Shown here: positions 11,484 through 21,600 of the stretch, in pieces | How positions within the stretch are numbered: position 1 is the first letter of the stretch | Layout: each line of letters begins with the position of its first letter | Source: an uncultured Candidatus Rokubacteria bacterium | GTDB lineage: Bacteria; Methylomirabilota; Methylomirabilia; Rokubacteriales; DASRDR01 | NCBI GenBank assembly: GCA_963805625.1 | Contig: CAWDVE010000016.1 | Coordinates: 320,001 to 384,000 of the forward strand | Reading direction: 5' to 3' | DNA: 64,000 nt | Program-made: the position numbers and the translations under genes | Notes under the pieces: generated by a model | Seen by the model: only the letters and a program-made list of their open reading frames with translations | Databases searched by the model: none | What the model was told of the DNA's origin: nothing

Positions 11484-13087
11484 CAACCTGGCTCGAGGAT
11501 GCGGTCATGGGTGCCCGCCTGGTGGGCGGTCTCCGTGCCTACCTCCGGAATCCCCTCACGCTGGTCGAGGCCCGTGCGATCCTTCACCGGCGGCTCGAGC
11601 GGCGGGAGGCCGACTTCCTCGCCCTGGCTCAGGGGGCCATCTTTGCCAACCCCCGGAGCCCGTACCGGACCCTCCTGCGTCTCGCCGGCTGCGAGCAAGG
11701 CGACCTGGAGCGCCTCGTGCGCCAGGACGGCGTCGAGGGAGCGTTGCGAACGCTCTTGCACCGGGGCGTGTACCTCACCGTGGACGAGTTCAAGGGGCGG
11801 CGCCCGGTTGTCCGAGGAGCCACGACCATTGAGGCCGGGCCGGCCCTGCTTCAGAACCCCCTGGCCACTCCGCACTTCTGGGGGATGACCGGCGGTAGTC
11901 GAGGAGCCGCCACCCGATTGCCCCTCGATCTCGCCTGCCTCCGCGATCGCGCGGTGAACCTCTACCTCTCGCTCGATGCTCAGGGAGGCGCGGGGTGGCG
12001 GAAGGGGGTGTGGGGCACGCCGAGCATCACCGCGCTGCTCTGGTATTCGGCCTGCGGTGGTAGGGCGGCGGCCTGGTTCTCGCAGGTCGACCCCGCCCTC
12101 CGGGGCCTCCATCCGCGCTACCGGTGGAGCGTGCGCGCGGTCACCTGGGCCAGCCGGCTGACCGGCGTCCCGCTGCCGCGGTTCCAGCACGTGCCGCTGG
12201 ACGCCCCGCTCCCGGTCGTCCGGTGGATGCGGGCGACTCTCGCGGCGGGGGCTACCCCACATCTCTGGGCCTTCCCAAGCTCGGCGGTCACCCTCTGCCG
12301 GGCCGCGGAAGAGGCGGGGATCGACATCGGAGGGGCCCGCTTCACCATCACCGGTGAGCCGGTGACGGCGGCGCGTCTCGCCGCCATCCGCCATGCCGGC
12401 GCTGTTGCGGTGCCCGACTATGGCAGCGCGGACTCCGGCGGGTCGGTCACCTACGGGTGCCTGCATCCCGAGGCGCCCGACGACGTCCACCTCTTCCAGG
12501 ATCTCAACGCCCTCATCCAGGCGGACACGCCACCGTTCCCGGCGGGCGCCCTGCTAGCGTCCTCCCTTCGGCGGACCGTGCCGTTCGTCCTCCTCAACGT
12601 CTCCATGGGCGACTGTGCCACCGTGACCGACCGGCGCTGCGGCTGTCCGATGGAAGCGCTGGGCTGGCGCACGCACCTCAAGGCCATCCGGAGCTTCGAG
12701 AAGCTGACCGCTGGTGGCATGACCTTCATCGACACCGACGTCATTCGAGTGCTGGAGCAGGTCTTGCCCAGCCGCTTCGGCGGGAGCCCGGTCGACTACC
12801 AGCTCATCGAGGGGGAGACGGAGGACGGTCGGCCTCGCCTCCGCCTGTTGGTGCATCCCCGTGTCGGACCGTTCGACGCGGCGGCCGTCGAGGCGGCCTT
12901 CCTGGACGCGGTCGGCGCCGGCTCCGGAGCCGAACGAATCATGGCGCACCAGTGGCGCGAGGGCCGTATGCTCCGCGTGGAGCGCGAGCCACCGCGTGCC
13001 GGCTCGGCGGGGAAGATCCTCCACATCTGGGCGCCGCGCCCGAGGAGCGGCGCCAGCGCCGCGAGCCGCGACGAGCGGGAGGGCTAG
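11465..13087 (+). CDS. PaaK/CapK-like adenylate-forming ligase homolog
   Basis: MTGGSRG P-loop-like motif, TGEPVT, DYGSADSG, LLNVSMGD, RRCGCP. Confidence 0.7.
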   Translation: MAASPVATWLEDAVMGARLVGGLRAYLRNPLTLVEARAILHRRLERREADFLALAQGAIFANPRSPYRTLLRLAGCEQGDLERLVRQDGVEGALRTLLHRGVYLTVDEFKGRRPVVRGATTIEAGPALLQNPLATPHFWGMTGGSRGAATRLPLDLACLRDRAVNLYLSLDAQGGAGWRKGVWGTPSITALLWYSACGGRAAAWFSQVDPALRGLHPRYRWSVRAVTWASRLTGVPLPRFQHVPLDAPLPVVRWMRATLAAGATPHLWAFPSSAVTLCRAAEEAGIDIGGARFTITGEPVTAARLAAIRHAGAVAVPDYGSADSGGSVTYGCLHPEAPDDVHLFQDLNALIQADTPPFPAGALLASSLRRTVPFVLLNVSMGDCATVTDRRCGCPMEALGWRTHLKAIRSFEKLTAGGMTFIDTDVIRVLEQVLPSRFGGSPVDYQLIEGETEDGRPRLRLLVHPRVGPFDAAAVEAAFLDAVGAGSGAERIMAHQWREGRMLRVEREPPRAGSAGKILHIWAPRPRSGASAASRDEREG

Positions 13088-13090
13088 GTC

Positions 13091-14359
13091 TCAGGACGGC
13101 GGCTGGCTCCTCCCGCTGCCGGTTGCGAGGCTCTTTGCCGTTGCTTCAGCGCCTCCGATGTCGAGCGGCAATCGCGGTACGGGCGGCGCCGCCAGGGTGC
13201 GGGCCATCACCTCGGCCAAGAGGCTCGGTGTGGTCGCGTCGGCGTCCACGATCGAGTCGATCGCCCCGGCCTTCTGGAACTTCCTCGCCTGCAGCATCTG
13301 CTCGCCGAAGTCGGGCGCATACCGTGGGAGGACGATGCCGCGGGTCGACGCCTGGTACAGCTCGGTGCAAGCGTTGTAGCCCGCCATCGAGATGACGAGC
13401 CGGTAGTGGTTCAACCGGCGAGCCAAACCGGGCACCACCCGGCTCAGGCGAACGTCGGCCCGACCATCCACGCGGCGAGCAATCTCCCGGTATCCCTTGT
13501 CCGGAAGCTGACCCCCCGTCACGATGTGGAGGGAGAAGCCCGGCTGGGAGGCCGAGAACTCGAAGAACGCCTGCACCACCAGGACGATCTTGCGGAAGGC
13601 GTCGACTCCGCCGCCGAATGTCGCGAGGATCTGGGCGGGAGGATCCATCTTCTCCGGGGGCGACCCGACGACATAGCCCATCACGTGGACCTTGGCCGCA
13701 ACCGTCCGGAACCATGGAGAGCCCTCGAGCAGGCTTGCTCTCTCGGAGGGATCCACGTAGACGAAGAGTCGATCCACCTGCTCGCTGAGCATCTGCTCGA
13801 CAAGCGATGCGTGCTCTCTCGCCCAGAGGCTCGTGGACACGCCGTTGAAGCCGGCGCAGCGGAGCGTCTCCGGCGAGTGCTCGCTCAGGTAGTCGAGGGT
13901 CGGGCCGCATTCCTCCACGGCTTGTAGCGGGCGGATGAACGGGAACCCCTCGAGCAGGACCGCGTATGGCCGGATGTGAGCCGTCAGGGCCCGCAAGAGC
14001 CGCCCACGATGCGCGGAGAACTGGTCGGTCGGAACGTGCGGTAGCGAGCTGACGCGATCCGGGAGCGGGAGCCGCTCCGGAAGGAAATTGGGAGAGCCGA
14101 TCCGGAACGCGGGTAGCAGCACTTCGCGGATCGCCTCGTGAGGCTCCTCTGGTTCATACTCCGGACACGAGGAGACGACGTAGGCGTCGAACGGGAACTC
14201 TTCGACCAAACGCCGCGCGATCTTGCGGCACCGGGAGATGTGGCCGTACGCGAAGCCCGCGTGGCCGAAGAACAGGACAGCCCGGCGGCGAGGCGGAGCG
14301 ACCCTCGCCGCCTCGGACACCTCGTTTACCGAGACCCGGCAACCGGGGCGGCTGTCCAT
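13091..14359 (-). CDS. GT-B glycosyltransferase (COG4671-like, GT28 C-terminal-like)
   Basis: GHAGFAYGHISRC, LLEGFPF, ATFGGGVD, ISMAGYNA, EQMLQA motifs. Confidence 0.8.
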   Translation of the reverse strand: MDSRPGCRVSVNEVSEAARVAPPRRRAVLFFGHAGFAYGHISRCRKIARRLVEEFPFDAYVVSSCPEYEPEEPHEAIREVLLPAFRIGSPNFLPERLPLPDRVSSLPHVPTDQFSAHRGRLLRALTAHIRPYAVLLEGFPFIRPLQAVEECGPTLDYLSEHSPETLRCAGFNGVSTSLWAREHASLVEQMLSEQVDRLFVYVDPSERASLLEGSPWFRTVAAKVHVMGYVVGSPPEKMDPPAQILATFGGGVDAFRKIVLVVQAFFEFSASQPGFSLHIVTGGQLPDKGYREIARRVDGRADVRLSRVVPGLARRLNHYRLVISMAGYNACTELYQASTRGIVLPRYAPDFGEQMLQARKFQKAGAIDSIVDADATTPSLLAEVMARTLAAPPVPRLPLDIGGAEATAKSLATGSGRSQPPS

Positions 14360-14685
14360 CGGACGCGTGCATCATACGGAGCCGCCGTCGGACCGGCAAG
14401 CACGGGCTGACGGCGGAACGGGCCGGCTGGCAAGACGTCGATCGAGCCCACGCGCTCCTGCTGAGGGCACTGGCCCGCGGAGGGCGGACAGGGCGGGGCG
14501 TTCGATGGTTACGTGACGCGCATTACGGAACCATCGGCACGACCCGTTGCACGGGAAGGAACGTAGGAGATCCTACCCACGTTTCTTGGTCCCGTTCCTC
14601 CGCCCCCGGCCCCCCGCTCGCGGCGGTCACGCCTCCAGCGCCGCGCCTGCACCATAGCGCTGCAGGGTGCCCGGATGCCTCGGCG

Positions 14686-15933
14686 TCACGCTCCGCGGCG
14701 ACGTTCGGCCACGTCCTCCAGCGCAAAGCCGGTGACGCGCTTGTAGTCGTCGGAGAGCCGCCGCAGCTCGGCCTGGGTGATGTAGCGGTCGAGGTCGTCG
14801 AACGGCCTGTCGCCGACGAGCTCCTCCACGCGCCCAATGATGTAGTCCGGCGGGTGCTCGCGGTTGGTGCGCACGACCTGGGCTGTCGGCCCGCAGCGCG
14901 TGGTTTCGTAGGCCGTGAGGGCTGCCCGGGGATCACCGCCCTCGGCCAGGCGGTCGGCGAGCACGCGCGCGTCGAGGATTGCCTGGGCTGCGCCGTTCGA
15001 GCCGCGCGGGTACATCGGGTGGGCGGCGTCCCCCAGGAGGGTCACGCGGCCGAAAGTCCAACGATCGACGGGGTCCCGGTCTACCATCGGGTACTCGAAG
15101 ATGACCTCCGAGCGGCGGATCAGATCGGGAACGTCGAGCCAGTCGAATCTCCAGTTCGCATAGATGTGGATGAAGTCTTCGAGCTGGCCCGGCTTGTTCC
15201 AGTCGTTCCGATCGTAGCCCGGCTGGGCGACCTGGGTGGTCCAGTTGATGAGCTGATTCCCCTCGCCATCGACGCCGTCGATGATCGGATAGATCACGAT
15301 GTTACCCGTGTGAATCGAGCCGGCGCGCACGTAGCTGCGACCGGTCAGGAACGGCTTCGCCCGCGTGACGCCGCGCCACGTGTTGATGCCGATGAAGCGC
15401 AGTTCCTCGTCCGGGTAGAATTGCCGGCGCACGGCCGAGTTGACGCCGTCGCACGCGATCGCGATGTCGGCCTCGACCGGCGCGCGCGCCGCGCCGGTCG
15501 GGCCGGACCGGAAGTGGAGGGTCACGCGCTGGTCGGTCTGCTCGAGCCCGACGCATTGATGGTCGGTGAGGATGCGCGCGGCGCCGAGCCGCGCCACCGC
15601 GGCGTTCCACAAGGTCAGATGGACCCGGCCTCGGTGGAGACCAACCTCGGGGAAGGGATAGCCCGCGAACCGGCCGCGCGGCTCGGCGTAGATGAGCTGG
15701 CCAAAGCGGTTGAAGAAGCAGCTCTCACGGTTCTCGATGCCCTGGCGCGTCAGTGCCTCGCCGAGGCCGAGCGCCGTCATCTCGCGCATCGCGTGGGGCA
15801 GCAGCGTGATCCCGACGCCCAGTTCCTTCACCTCGGGCGCGCTCTCGTACACGCGGCAGGGGATGGCGCGCTGGTGGAGGGCCAGCGCGAGAGTGAGCCC
15901 CCCGATCCCGCCGCCGACGATGGTGATGTCCAT
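14686..15933 (-). CDS. FAD-dependent monooxygenase (flavin-dependent oxidoreductase)
   Basis: IVGGGIGGL, ACDGVNSAVR, LLGDAAHPMYPRGSNGA. Confidence 0.92.
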   Translation of the reverse strand: MDITIVGGGIGGLTLALALHQRAIPCRVYESAPEVKELGVGITLLPHAMREMTALGLGEALTRQGIENRESCFFNRFGQLIYAEPRGRFAGYPFPEVGLHRGRVHLTLWNAAVARLGAARILTDHQCVGLEQTDQRVTLHFRSGPTGAARAPVEADIAIACDGVNSAVRRQFYPDEELRFIGINTWRGVTRAKPFLTGRSYVRAGSIHTGNIVIYPIIDGVDGEGNQLINWTTQVAQPGYDRNDWNKPGQLEDFIHIYANWRFDWLDVPDLIRRSEVIFEYPMVDRDPVDRWTFGRVTLLGDAAHPMYPRGSNGAAQAILDARVLADRLAEGGDPRAALTAYETTRCGPTAQVVRTNREHPPDYIIGRVEELVGDRPFDDLDRYITQAELRRLSDDYKRVTGFALEDVAERRRGA

Positions 15934-16009
15934 GAGCCCGATCCGCCTCCGGTGTCAACCTGACGGGGCGCCTCCACCGAAGCGCCTCACTCGCGCGCTG
16001 ATCAGGAAC

Positions 16010-16840
16010 CTAGACGGTGCAAAGCCTGTTTCCTGCCCCCCCTCCACGACCCCGCCGTCAGCCCAGCGGGCACATTCCCCGGGGTGGCCGGACTCTAGCG
16101 CGCGGCCGGCCGGCCCGGCAAGGGCCAGAGCGGGGCCGGGCGGGCTGGGTAAGATCCGGCCCCCGCGGGTCGGCGGGCAGACCGGCACGGCGGCGGGAGG
16201 TGGTCGCCGAGACTGACGGCGGGTCACGAGGCGGTGACGGAACGGGGCGGCCGCGGCTGGGGCGCCAGCCCGAGCGCGCCGAGCAGGCACGGCGCTCCTC
16301 TTGGCCCCGCTGGAATTGTTGGAACGGCTGGCGGCCTTGGTGCCCCCGCCGCGCCGACCGTTGCTCGCGTACCACGGCGTGCTGGCCCCGCGCGCTCGCT
16401 GGAGATCGGCCATCGTGCCGAGGCCACTGCCGGCCGACGTGCGGGCGGTGGCGGCGCCTGTCCAGCGACGCTGGCCCTGGGCCCAGCTCCTGCGCCGGGT
16501 GTTCGGGTTTGACGTGCTCGTGTGTGACCGCTGTGGCGGGCCGCGGCGGATCCTCGGCGCCGTGACGGAGCCCCACGCCGTGCCCCGTCCCCGCCGCCTG
16601 ACCCGCGGTCGATCGCGCTCCCCACCCCGGCGTCGCCGGTCCCGTCCGTCCGGCGCCGCTCCGGCGCCGCTCCGGCGCCGCGGGGGACGCGTCCTGGGCC
16701 CTCCCGTGCCGACCGCCGGCGGCCCTTGCCGGCCCCGCCGGAGCCGCGCTATCGTTCCGGCGGCAGCCACCGGCGGCCGGGGGGCGGGCCGACGTGACAG
16801 AGGGCGGGACGAGGGGGCCGAGAAACGTGCCTAGCATGCT
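16010..16840. mobile_element. degenerate IS91/ISCR-like element with related promoter-bearing ends in inverted orientation
   Basis: Internal transposase remnant. Left end (minus) reads GGCCCTTGCCG-N18-TAGAGTCCGGC; right end (plus) reads GGCCCTTGCCG-N18-TATCGTTCCGGC. Boundaries approximate. Confidence 0.55.
16286..16585 (+). pseudogene. IS91-family (Y2) transposase C-terminal remnant
   Basis: PLELLERLAALVPPPRRPLLAYHGVLAP...WAQLLRRVFGFDVLVCDRCGG; the N-terminal HUH region is absent. Confidence 0.85.
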
Positions 16841-16873
16841 GCCGCGGACGTCGGCGAGCGTGTCGCGCGCGCG

Positions 16874-18030
16874 TTGCCGGCGGACACGGAGGCTCGACTA
16901 CTGCCTGCCATCCTCGATCTGCTCGGCGCCTTGCCGCTCGACCATCCGTTTCGCAATGCGGATCCGGCGCAGCGCCGCCACCGGACGCGTGACGCCGTCA
17001 GACAGATGCTTCTGGCCGCGAGCCGATCTCAGGCCTTGTGTCTGGTCGTCGAGGACCTCCACTGGATCGACACCGAGACCCAGGAGTCTCTCGACAGCCT
17101 CGTCAACGGCATGGTCGCGTCGCGGATCCTGCTCCTCGTGACCTATCGACCGGAGTATCGGCACGCGTGGGGCAGCAAGACGATCTACAGCCAGGTGGGC
17201 CTGGACGCGCTGCCGGTCGAGAGCGCCGGCGCGCTGCTTGGCCGCGGCCCCGGGCTCGTTCCGCTCAAGAAGCTCCTGGTCGGGCAGGGCAACCCGTTCT
17301 TCCTGGAAGAGACGGTCAGGATGCTCGTGGAGATGAGAGTGCTCGTGGGCGAGCGCGGCCGGTATCGTCTGGCGCACTCGGTCGGCGCGATCGCGGTCCC
17401 GCACACGGTTCAGGCGATACTGGCGGCACGGATCGATCGGCTGCCGCCCGAGGACCGGCACCTCCTCCAGGTCGCCTCGGTCGTCGGAAAGGACGTGCCG
17501 CTTCCGCTGCTCCAGGCCATCGCCGACCTGCCGGACGAGGCGATCCGCCGCGGGCTCGACCACCTGCAGGCCGCCGAGTTCCTGTACGAGACGCGCGCGC
17601 TCCCGTATCCCGAGTACACCTTCAAGCACGCGCTGACCCACGAGGTCACTTACGGAACCCTGCTTCCCGATCGGCGCCAGGCCCTGCACGCCCGGATCGT
17701 CGAGGCCATCGAGGGCCTCAATCCGGACGGGCTGACCGGCGCGGACGAGCGACTCGCCTACCATGCGCTCCGCGGCGAGCTGTGGGAGAAGACGGTCACG
17801 TGCCTCCGTCAGGCCGGGGCCAGGGCCGTCGGGCGATCGGCGAACCGGGACGCCGTCAGGTGCTTCGCATGCGTCACCTCGTCGCCCACTGCAAGATCGG
17901 TCTGGGCCGGCTCCACAGGCAGACGGGCCAGCTCGAGACCGCCCGGGAGCACCTCACGACGGCGACGAGCATGTTCCGCGCGATGGGCATGAAGTTCTGG
18001 CTGCAGAGGTCGCAACACGCACTGCCGTGA
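16874..18030 (+). pseudogene. fragment of adenylate-cyclase/AAA-ATPase/TPR (STAND-like) protein, N-truncated and internally deleted
   Basis: LVVEDLHWIDTET, GNPFFLEE, ILAARIDRL, YTFKHALTHEVTY; jumps frame near 17867 to the family C-terminus MRHLVAHCKIGLGRL...MFRAMGMKFWL. Confidence 0.85.
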
Positions 18031-18099
18031 CGCGGCGGGCCAGGTGACGGCGAGACGTCAGGGGTCGGAGTCGTCCTCCAAGAAAGGGGACACTAGTTC

Positions 18100-21000
18100 A
18101 TGATCACCGAACGACGCGTTCGCATGAGCACGAGGAAACTCGGGCGGGCGCTGGTGGCGATGCTCCTGTGCTCCGTCGCGAACGCGGCGGATGCCCAGTT
18201 GCGCACCAAACCATCCGGTGGCGTCGTGCAGCCGGCTCCGCGGAATCCGGCCGTCGACGTGCGGCAGCCCGCCGCGAAGGTGTTGCCGCCCCCGGCGCCG
18301 GTACGGCTTCTCTCGACCGCCGATCCCAAGGTGTGCTTCGACCACACGAGCGGCAACGTGTTCGGGGGTGCCCTCTTCTGCGAGGAGCTCGTCAAGATCG
18401 GGAGCCCCATTCTCGTGTGGGACTGGAAGGCGAGCGCCGACGCGCCGAAGGCCGACGGCTTTCGCATCTACGAGGTGCCGGACCCGACGATCAGGACGGA
18501 TCCCAGGACCGGCCTCGTCACCGCGCCCAAATCTTCGGCGGTCGTCGCTGGCGCGAAGCCCGCCGGCAAGCTCGTCGACGCGCAGGCGGATCCCAGCTGG
18601 ACGATGCGCGCCCTCGCCAAGCGGCCGGGCGGCTACGACGGGCGCTGCTTCGTGGTCGCCGCGCACTACGGCAGCCTCGAGTCCGACTACAGCAACGTCG
18701 TCTGCATCCGCGCCGACGAGCAATGCCAGCTCGACCCGGAGGTCGAGACGAGGAAGCGCACCTATCAGCTCGACTCGATCGAAGGGAAGACCGCGAGGTC
18801 GACCGACCGGAAGACCGGGACGATGAAGCCCGTCGAGGCGGCCCGCACGCTCGCCCACCTCGCGCATCGGCGATTTCCGTGGAGCGTTGGCTCGCCGGAC
18901 CAGCAATGGTGGAGAGAGCGCCTCAAGCTGGACGACGACGACATGGTGAACGTGAGGAAGGACGCGGACATGGGCGCGAACGTGCGCATCCGTCTCCTCT
19001 ACCTCCACTTCGATGATCCGGAGCTGCCGGCAGAGATCCGCGCGAAGGTCGAGGAGGCCTTCCTCAGGTTCCGGTACTGGATCAACGAGCCGAAGAGCGG
19101 AGAGGCGAACCACGTCAAGGGCATGAACCTCTGGTCCGAGAACCATCAGATCCTGCACGCCTCGGTAGAATACCTGGCCGGCCAGTACTTCGCCGATCGG
19201 TGCGCCGACGCCGTCAAATGCCTCGAGGTGAGCGTCAACCCGAACGTCCTGCAGATGAGTCCGGACGCCGCCGCGAAGTTCGTGCAGCCGTACCGGCGAC
19301 TGAATCCCGACGGAACGACGGCGACGACTCGAGTGGGATCCGCGCGGGGAACGAGGGAGCTCTCCCGGGTGCGCTTCGAGGACGGCATGACGGGTCGGGA
19401 GCACATGGCGGCGGCGAGACCGCGGATTCTCCGCTGGCTGGACGAGCGCTTCCGCTTCGGTTTCAGCGAGTGGAACGCGCCGAACTACCTAGAGTACGAC
19501 CTCATGGCGCTCATCAACCTCGTCGACTTCGCCGAGGACAAGGAGATTCGCACCCGCGCGGCGATCGTGCTCGATCTGCTGGTCTTCGACTTCGCGCGCT
19601 TCAATCAGCATGGAAGCTTCGGTGTCACCGCGGGACGCGCTCACGGCGCCCACAAGATGTCGGGGTGGCAGCAGGGCGTGGGCGATGCGATCGAGATCCT
19701 CTTCGGCGCGCGCACGAACTGCACGTCGGCGCGACCGCTCGATGCGCGTGGCTGCTTCGTGGAGCCCGACCAGGTGTCGGCGCACGCGCTCGCCTCGTCG
19801 AGGCGGTATTGCGTGCCGAGGGTCCTGAAGGCCATCGGCCGCGAGAAGGACGGGCACTGGGTCGAGCGCTACCGCACGTCGATCGACTTCGACGAGGGCC
19901 CTCGCGAGGGCATCGGATTCGCCGACTTCGACGACGCGGTCTCGTGGTGGAGCCGAGGCGCCTTCGTCGCGAAGCCGGTGACGAAGCTCACGCGGCGCAT
20001 GATGGAGCAATACCAGCTCCAGCAGTCGGATCCGTTCCCGACGCTCCTAAAGCCGCCGACGAGCCTCGCGCTCGGGATCGAGGAGGTCGCCGACTGGGTG
20101 TCCGTGCAAACAGAAGGGCTCGCGCTCACGCGGGCAAACATCGAGGTGTACCGGAATCCGGACGTCATGCTCTCGAGCGTGCAGAACCGGAAGCCGGGCC
20201 AGGCTGGCTTCCAGACGAATCCGTGGCAGGCGACGTTCGATCCGAACGCCACCGTCTTCACGACCTTTCCTACCGCGGCCGACTCGAAAGAGGACTCGGG
20301 CAGCTGGTGGACCGGGAACGCCGTCAACCCGATGGTGATCCAGTTCGAGAACACGGCGATCATCGCGTACGACATGAAGTTCCTCTCGCTCGCACACTTC
20401 CGTCACGCGGCCCGCACCCACGCGTGGTTTCCGAAGTACGCGTTCGACGAGACGGACGTGAAGTCGGCGAAGGGCTGCGATTGCAAGTTCGAGGGTCACC
20501 AGATCCCGAAGCAGACCGTCATCGGCACCGCCAAGGGCGCCGCGGTCGGCTGTCTCGTGAAGGGCGTGTTCGGCTGGTTCACGGGCGGACCGGTCGGCGC
20601 GGCGCAGGGGTGCGCGGTGGCGGCCGGGGGCAGTGCCCTCACCGGCGGGGTGGTGGACACCGTCCACGAGACGGCGGAGTCGGTCGGTCGCCTGGCGAGC
20701 GGCGAGTGTGACTGCAGTCGCGGGAGGTGGTTTTTCGGCCGGAAGGGCAAGGGCTACATCGGGCTCTATTCCGCGCAGCAGTGCGTGTGGAATCAGGACG
20801 ACGATCCTCCGGCGGAAGTCGCCAAGCAGCTGATCGTGCAGAAGACGGGCGATCTCGAGAACGAGATCCGGTGCGACGGCCACAAGCGAAACATCTGGAT
20901 CGCCCAGGTCGGTAACGAGGCGCAGTTCGGCTCGTTCGCCGCGTTCAAGGACCGAGTGGCGAACGCCCGGATCCATCTGAACGGCCTCAACTGGGAGCCG

Positions 21001-21261
21001 GCGGACCTCCATTGCAGCTACGACGTGCCCGACGGCCGTCGGCTGGTGCTCACCTATGGTGGTAGCGACAAGCGGATCGGGGTGGCGGGTGACCTCCGCC
21101 TGGACGGGCCGGAGCTCTACGAGAACCGCTTCGACGGTCCGTACGCGCAGGCGAAGTGGGGCGACAAGCAATACACGATCCGGCACCGCGGCATGGAGCT
21201 CACGCTGTCCGCGCGAGACGCGAAGACGTGGCTGCGGTACGGCGACGGCGTGACGCGCTGA
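18100..21261 (+). CDS. large secreted protein: signal peptide, Fn3-like domain, heparinase/lyase-like helical core and beta-rich C-terminus
   Basis: Signal ending ANA-ADA; Fn3-like GFRIYE...CFVVAA...ESDYSNVVC; WSENHQIL and FSEWNAPNY motifs; consistent coding-like codon usage. Function is inferred. Confidence 0.85.
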   Translation: MITERRVRMSTRKLGRALVAMLLCSVANAADAQLRTKPSGGVVQPAPRNPAVDVRQPAAKVLPPPAPVRLLSTADPKVCFDHTSGNVFGGALFCEELVKIGSPILVWDWKASADAPKADGFRIYEVPDPTIRTDPRTGLVTAPKSSAVVAGAKPAGKLVDAQADPSWTMRALAKRPGGYDGRCFVVAAHYGSLESDYSNVVCIRADEQCQLDPEVETRKRTYQLDSIEGKTARSTDRKTGTMKPVEAARTLAHLAHRRFPWSVGSPDQQWWRERLKLDDDDMVNVRKDADMGANVRIRLLYLHFDDPELPAEIRAKVEEAFLRFRYWINEPKSGEANHVKGMNLWSENHQILHASVEYLAGQYFADRCADAVKCLEVSVNPNVLQMSPDAAAKFVQPYRRLNPDGTTATTRVGSARGTRELSRVRFEDGMTGREHMAAARPRILRWLDERFRFGFSEWNAPNYLEYDLMALINLVDFAEDKEIRTRAAIVLDLLVFDFARFNQHGSFGVTAGRAHGAHKMSGWQQGVGDAIEILFGARTNCTSARPLDARGCFVEPDQVSAHALASSRRYCVPRVLKAIGREKDGHWVERYRTSIDFDEGPREGIGFADFDDAVSWWSRGAFVAKPVTKLTRRMMEQYQLQQSDPFPTLLKPPTSLALGIEEVADWVSVQTEGLALTRANIEVYRNPDVMLSSVQNRKPGQAGFQTNPWQATFDPNATVFTTFPTAADSKEDSGSWWTGNAVNPMVIQFENTAIIAYDMKFLSLAHFRHAARTHAWFPKYAFDETDVKSAKGCDCKFEGHQIPKQTVIGTAKGAAVGCLVKGVFGWFTGGPVGAAQGCAVAAGGSALTGGVVDTVHETAESVGRLASGECDCSRGRWFFGRKGKGYIGLYSAQQCVWNQDDDPPAEVAKQLIVQKTGDLENEIRCDGHKRNIWIAQVGNEAQFGSFAAFKDRVANARIHLNGLNWEPADLHCSYDVPDGRRLVLTYGGSDKRIGVAGDLRLDGPELYENRFDGPYAQAKWGDKQYTIRHRGMELTLSARDAKTWLRYGDGVTR

Positions 21262-21469
21262 CGCTCGGAGCGCCCGGGCTCCGCCAGAGCTGGCGGGTCG
21301 CGCGAACGCAGGGCGAGCCCGCCAGCGGAGCTCGGCGGGAAGGCGAGAGTCGCTGCTTAGGCGGGCGGCACCGGTTAGTGCCCGCGCCCGCCTGGGGCCT
21401 CTGTTCGGCGTAGCCCGTGCGCGCCGCGGTGCGCACGGGCTGGGGGCCGAGCTGATCGAGGGGTGGCCT

Positions 21470-21600
21470 CGGGCCGGATTCTAAGGACGCCGGCGTGGTC
21501 CCGGGGGGCCTCCTTCAGCAGTTCGAACCGCTTGCCGCCGAACTCGGGGCGGGTGTTTGCCGTTAGCCCGGTCACGTTGCCGGGGGGTGCGCCGGGGTCG
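21470..21600 (-). pseudogene. remnant of COG2984-type ABC substrate-binding protein
   Basis: PPGNVTGLT...EFGGKRFELLKEAP resembles the family motif PGGNVTGL...GKRLELLKE. Confidence 0.55.

Noticed and set aside
14534-14551. Sigma54 promoter-like CGGCACGACCCGTTGCA
   Set aside because: GG-to-GC spacing is 11 nt rather than the required 10, and no suitable gene lies downstream.
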